Of a stretch of DNA of 64,000 nucleotides, positions 59,636 to 64,000 are shown piece after piece. Under the pieces are notes generated by a model. The model was not told the DNA's origin. It saw nothing but the letters and a program-made list of their open reading frames with translations, and searched no databases. Position 1 is the first letter of the stretch. The number at the start of each line of letters is the position of its first letter. A program made the translations under genes and the position numbers. The stretch lies in NCBI GenBank assembly GCA_043228905.1, contig JBHGNT010000007.1, positions 15,128,001 to 15,192,000 of the forward strand. The letters are read 5' to 3'. The stretch comes from Azolla caroliniana (lineage: Eukaryota; Plantae; Polypodiophyta).

Positions 59636-62627
59636 AAACCGGCCGGAAGCTGAAGGCGGTTCGAGCAGATAACGGAGGTGAATACCGGGGGCAGTTCGAG
59701 GAGTACTCCCGCTCGAAGGGAATCCGGCTCGAATTTACCGTGCCGAAGACGCCGGACTAAACGGGTTGGCCGAGAGGATGAACCGGACCATAATGGAGAA
59801 GGTCCGGACTATGGTGGCGCATGCAAAACTACCCAAGAAGTTTTAGGCTGAGGCATTATCGACGGCGACATATGTGATAAACAGATCGCCCTCAGTACCC
59901 TTGGACAGAGACACACCACAGAGAGTCTGGACCGGTAAGGAACTGTCCCACCGACATCTGAAGGTATTCGGGTGTCTCGCGTACGTGCATGTAGCTAAGG
60001 ACCGGAGAGGAAAGTTAGATCCAAAGACCCGGCCATGCATATTCCTCGGTTATGGCGACAATGAGTTCGGCTACCGAGTGTGGGACCTAGTCGACAAGAA
60101 GGTATTCCGGAGTCGAGATATTATCTTCATGGAGGACAAGACGCTCGCCGACTAGGAGTCAGAGAAGAAGATAATGAACTCCGAGTTGACTGGTAAGGAT
60201 TGATTCTACGATGAGTAGACCCAACCGGCAAGAGACCGGTTAACACTCGAGGAACCAGCCGGTTACAATGAGGATACCGAACCGGCAGAAGAAGAAGTAG
60301 AAGAAGCTGAAACCGGAACCGGCCAAGACCCTGAATCGGATTCGGATGAAGAGCAAATGGAGGAGCCGGTTACCGAAGCACGAAGACGGAGATATCCTCT
60401 CAGAGAGAGAAGGGCCCCCCGGAGATTTCCGGATGCAGAGCATGTTCTGCTGACTGATGAGGGGGAGCCGGAAAGTTTCGAAGAAGCGAAGGATGACACC
60501 CACAGCCGAAAATGGTTAAGTGCCATGCAAGATGAGATGGATTCCCTGCATGAGAACCATACGTACAAATTGGTGGAGTTGCTGAAAGGAACGCGGGCAT
60601 TCCGAAATAAGTGGGTGTACAAGTTGAAACCGGGAGATGTCGGCAACCTCCCGAGATACAAAGCCAGGATCGTGGTGAAGGGGTTCCAGCAGAAGAAGGG
60701 CGTGGACTTCGACGAGATATTTGCCCCGGTAGTAAAGATGACCTCCATCCGGACGATGCTAAGTATAGCGGCAAGCATGGACCTCGAGGTAGAGCAGCTA
60801 GACGTGAAGACAACATTCCTTCAAGGCGACCTCGAAGAGGAGATCTACATGCAGCAACCGGAAGGATTCGTGGAGAAAGGGAAGGAGCACCTGTTATGCC
60901 AGTTGAAGAAGAGCCTGTACGGACTGAAGCGGGCTCCCCAACAATGGTACCGGAAGTTCGACTCCTTCATGATCGAGCGAGGGTACCACAAGACGCAGGC
61001 CGATCACTGCGTGTTTGTGAAGAAGTCCGAAGGAGGCGACTTCCTAATACTCCTTCTGTACGTGGACGACATGTTGATTGTCGGACGGGACCAAGCCAGA
61101 ATCCGAATGCTGAAGAAGGCTCTCAACCGGACCTTCTCAATGAAAGACTTGGGTCCGGCAAGACAGATGTTGGGGATGCATATTATCCGGAACCGGTCAG
61201 TAAAGCAATTATGGTTGTCACAAGAGAAGTACATGACAAAGGTGCTTCACCGGTTCAACATGTCAGATGCGAAACCGGTCGGATCGACACTTCCGGCAAA
61301 CTGCAGGTTATCCGGTAAGCAAAGTCCGAAGACGAAAGTAGAGAAGGCGGATATGATGAAGATTCCATATGCCTCTGCCGTCGGGAGTTTAATGTACGCA
61401 ATGGTGTGTACCCGACCAGATATAGGATACGCAGTCGAAGTGGTGAGCCGGTTTATGAGCAATCCTGGCAAGGAGTACTGGAACGCGGTCAAATGGATAC
61501 TCCGGTACTTGAAGGGCACTTCGCATATGTGTCTCCGATTCGGCTCCAGAAAACCTCAACTTGACGGTTTTACCGACTCGGACATGTCGGTTGATGTGCA
61601 TACTAGCCGGTCTACATCCGGGTATGTAATGACATATGCAGGGGGAGTTGTTTCGTGGCAATTGAGGCTGCAGAAGACGGTTGCGTTGTCAACCACGGAA
61701 GCGGAGTACATGGCGGTTATAGAAGGACTTCATCGGAGAGCTCGGTATCCGGCAAGATGAATACCGGCTCTATTGCGACAGTCAAAGTGCCATCCACCTT
61801 GCTAAGAATGCAGCTTACCATTCCCGGACGAAGCATATTCAACGAAGGTATCACTGGATCCGAGAAAGGGTAGATGACCAGGAGTTCGCGCTTATGAAGA
61901 TCCACACGGCCGAGAACGGGTCAGATATGCTGACCAAAGTGTTGATACCCGACAAGCTGGATGCATGCCAAAAGCGGATCAGACTAGTAAGACACCCCAT
62001 GCCGGAGTGAAGGGGGAGTTTGTTGGGAGACAGGTCCCTCCGGATGGGAAGGGAGAAACCGCATGACGAGTACCTGGCTACGGAGAGCCGGATGGTGAAG
62101 ACCCGGTGAGAACCGGATGAGGAGTACCCGGCTATGGAGAGCCAGATGGTGCAGACCCGATGAGAACCGGATGACGAGTATCCGGCAAGATCTGGATGAT
62201 GCACGCCCGGTGAAGAGCGCTCTCCGGATGAAGAGACATATTCGTAAATATGTTTCTGAGAGTCCATCATGGCTATATTTGTAAATAGCCGAAAAGTCAT
62301 ATTAGTATAAATATGACTTAGGGAAAACTTTTGAAAAAGGTGTTGTTGTCATTCTTGTGTGTGTAAGATCTGAGCGCATAACTGTGTACAGAGAGAGAGA
62401 GAGAGAGAGAGGAAGAGGTTGTTGCCTCTGTTGTAACCACCGCCTGTGGCGAAGATAGAAAGCTCGAGGTTGTTGCCTCGGTGCTTTACTGTTGTACACT
62501 GTAACTTAGTGATAGTTTGCAGCCTGTGGGCTGCCGTGGTTTTTCCCTAGTTTGGGTTTTCCACGTAAACATCCTGTGTACTCTTCTCTTCACTGTGTCG
62601 TGCATACGGAGCATTTAGTTCGCGTCA
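59636..62627 (+). mobile_element. Copia-1 family copy, 5'-truncated (IN-RT-RH pseudogene, PPT, 3' LTR 62021-62627), inserted in the Phygy 5' LTR
   Basis: About 90% similar by eye to the reverse complement of 1-2369; ORF 60357-61760 is RT; PPT GAAGGGGGAG 62009-62018. Confidence 0.93.
62021..62627 (+). repeat. 3' LTR of the Copia-1 copy
   Basis: TGTTGGGAGACAGG...TTCGCGTCA; about 70 bp missing near the 3' end relative to 4036-4646. Confidence 0.85.
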
Positions 62628-63934
62628 GTGAGTACTCAAATTAAGAGAGGAAAAAAGTTAGCAAATTCGTGGATCCCACGATTATATTATATTAATCAAC
62701 CCTTGTAAAATAATCAACAACCTCTATACATCTTTCTCTCTTCCTTATATAGTGTTGGAAGAGTTTAAGTTTATCACATGCAAGCATCATGCTTTTCCTA
62801 TCTTTACTTTTCATGCACACTACATGTGCATGATTAGCTTTCTATCTCATCTTTTCTTTTAACTCGAGTGTCTATGCATGAATAACTTTTTGTACCATGC
62901 ATGTCTAGAATATTTACATGGTATAAAGTTTAGTATAACTTTAAAATTCATAATACGCTAGTATAATGATAAGGCTTAACATTATTAACATGGAGGTGCA
63001 AGGTTCGAATCTTGCCCTATGCATGTAATATATAATTTTATACTTTCTTCTATTTACAAATATGTCTCTTCATTCTAGCTCTCGCTGGCCTTCTTCATCC
63101 GGCTCTTGCCGGTTCTGCTTCATCCGGTTCTCGCCGGTTTTCTTTATCCGGTTCTTACCAGATCCTCCTTACCTGTCCTCCTCGTCCGTTTCTCACCGAC
63201 TCTCACCGGCCTTCTTCATCCGGCTCTTGCCGGGTCTCCTTACCGGTTTCGGTCCTCACCGGTTCTTCCTTCCGGTTCTCACTGGGTACTCCATATCCTA
63301 TCCGGAGAAACCAAAAATGTAATTTTTCACGTAGTGTGCGAATTACACTACGACAACGTATATTTTCTAGGAAAAGCTTTAGTTAGAAGAAAAACGCATG
63401 ATAGAAAAAAGTTACATCTAGCGTGCATAAACAATATAGTCGATAAAAATGCATGAGGTTAGAAAAAGCATGATCACTTTTAGAAGAAGCATGTTAGAGA
63501 ACACATATAATCTATTGATAGAAAACGCATGGAGTTGATAGTTAGAGAAAAAGCATGGATTGCTAAGACTCTCTCATCACTATATAACGATGGGGAGCAC
63601 AATGTAATAAGTGTGAAATCTTTCGGAAATTGGATATATTTCTAAAAACACCAATTAATAAATTATATTCGTGGGATTCACGAAATAAACTATACTCGTG
63701 GGATTCACGAGGTTTCTATATCTCTCTCTTTCAATCTTAATTCATATTCTTATCTTAATATTGATTAATCTAATAAAATACATTATACTTGTGGGATTCA
63801 CGAGGTTTTTATATCTCTTTCTTAAAATCTATTCATAACTAGATTCGTCTCAAATTCTTCCTCCTCCATGCCAAAAACCCAGTGGTTCCCACCGGACTCA
63901 CGCAACGATCTGACGCCGAAAGGCACGACACAGT

Positions 63935-63952
63935 TGGTGAACCTGACGTGAA
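63935..63952 (+). promoter_or_regulatory. Primer binding site, tRNA-Trp
   Basis: TGGTGAACCTGACGTGAA matches the complement of the plant tRNA-Trp 3' end (TGGTGAACCCGACGTGAA) with one G-U-compatible change. Confidence 0.8.
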
Positions 63953-64000
63953 AACCGAGTGGCAAGGAGATGGGTAATCAAGAAGAGGCCAACAACATGA

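Larger units (their letters stand above)
54862..63355 (-). mobile_element. Phygy-like Gypsy element, internally deleted and interrupted
   Basis: 3' LTR 54862-55724; PPT GGAGGGGGCGAG 55725-55736; partial 5' LTR 62628-63355; ACGT on both flanks (54858-54861 / 63356-63359). Confidence 0.8.
54646..63930 (+). repeat. 5' LTR of an older Phygy-like Gypsy, split into 54646-54861 and 63360-63930
   Basis: Starts TGTCTTAGTGTATTTCGTACACTACGTG and ends GGCACGACA; both halves are homologous to the reverse complement of 54862-55724; a PBS follows. Confidence 0.75.

Noticed and set aside
1-62627. One giant inverted-repeat element bounded by the two Copia-1 copies
   Set aside because: The copies differ by about 10% with different LTR variants and different insertion contexts; independent insertions are simpler.

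Overview
This 64-kb window is an LTR-retrotransposon nest from a plant genome, and I recognise no host gene in it. The element types (Tcn1-like chromovirus, Phygy-like Gypsy, Sola1/DUF7869-like transposase) suggest a non-seed plant such as a moss; that is an inference. Main structures: (i) a five-level nest LINE > Copia D > Copia A > Copia B > Copia C at 8.3-25.8 kb, with exact TSDs for A, B and C; (ii) two Tork/Tnt1-like Copia copies at the window ends; (iii) two decayed Sola-like transposase genes, one split by Copia F; (iv) one intact, very young Tcn1/sushi-like chromovirus (47370-53134); (v) two nested Phygy-like Gypsy elements; (vi) an array of about 13 long palindromes at 58.4-59.6 kb. 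Best leads: the chromovirus combines an antisense tRNA-like A/B-box, a 7-unit heat-shock element, a Tf1-type self-priming duplex and a -1 frameshift pseudoknot; a CCGG-repeat U3 module is shared between a Copia and a Gypsy LTR; some Copia polyproteins have a charged C-terminal extension between two PPTs; and the palindrome array is unexplained. All alignments and counts were done by eye, and lineage names need confirming by database search.
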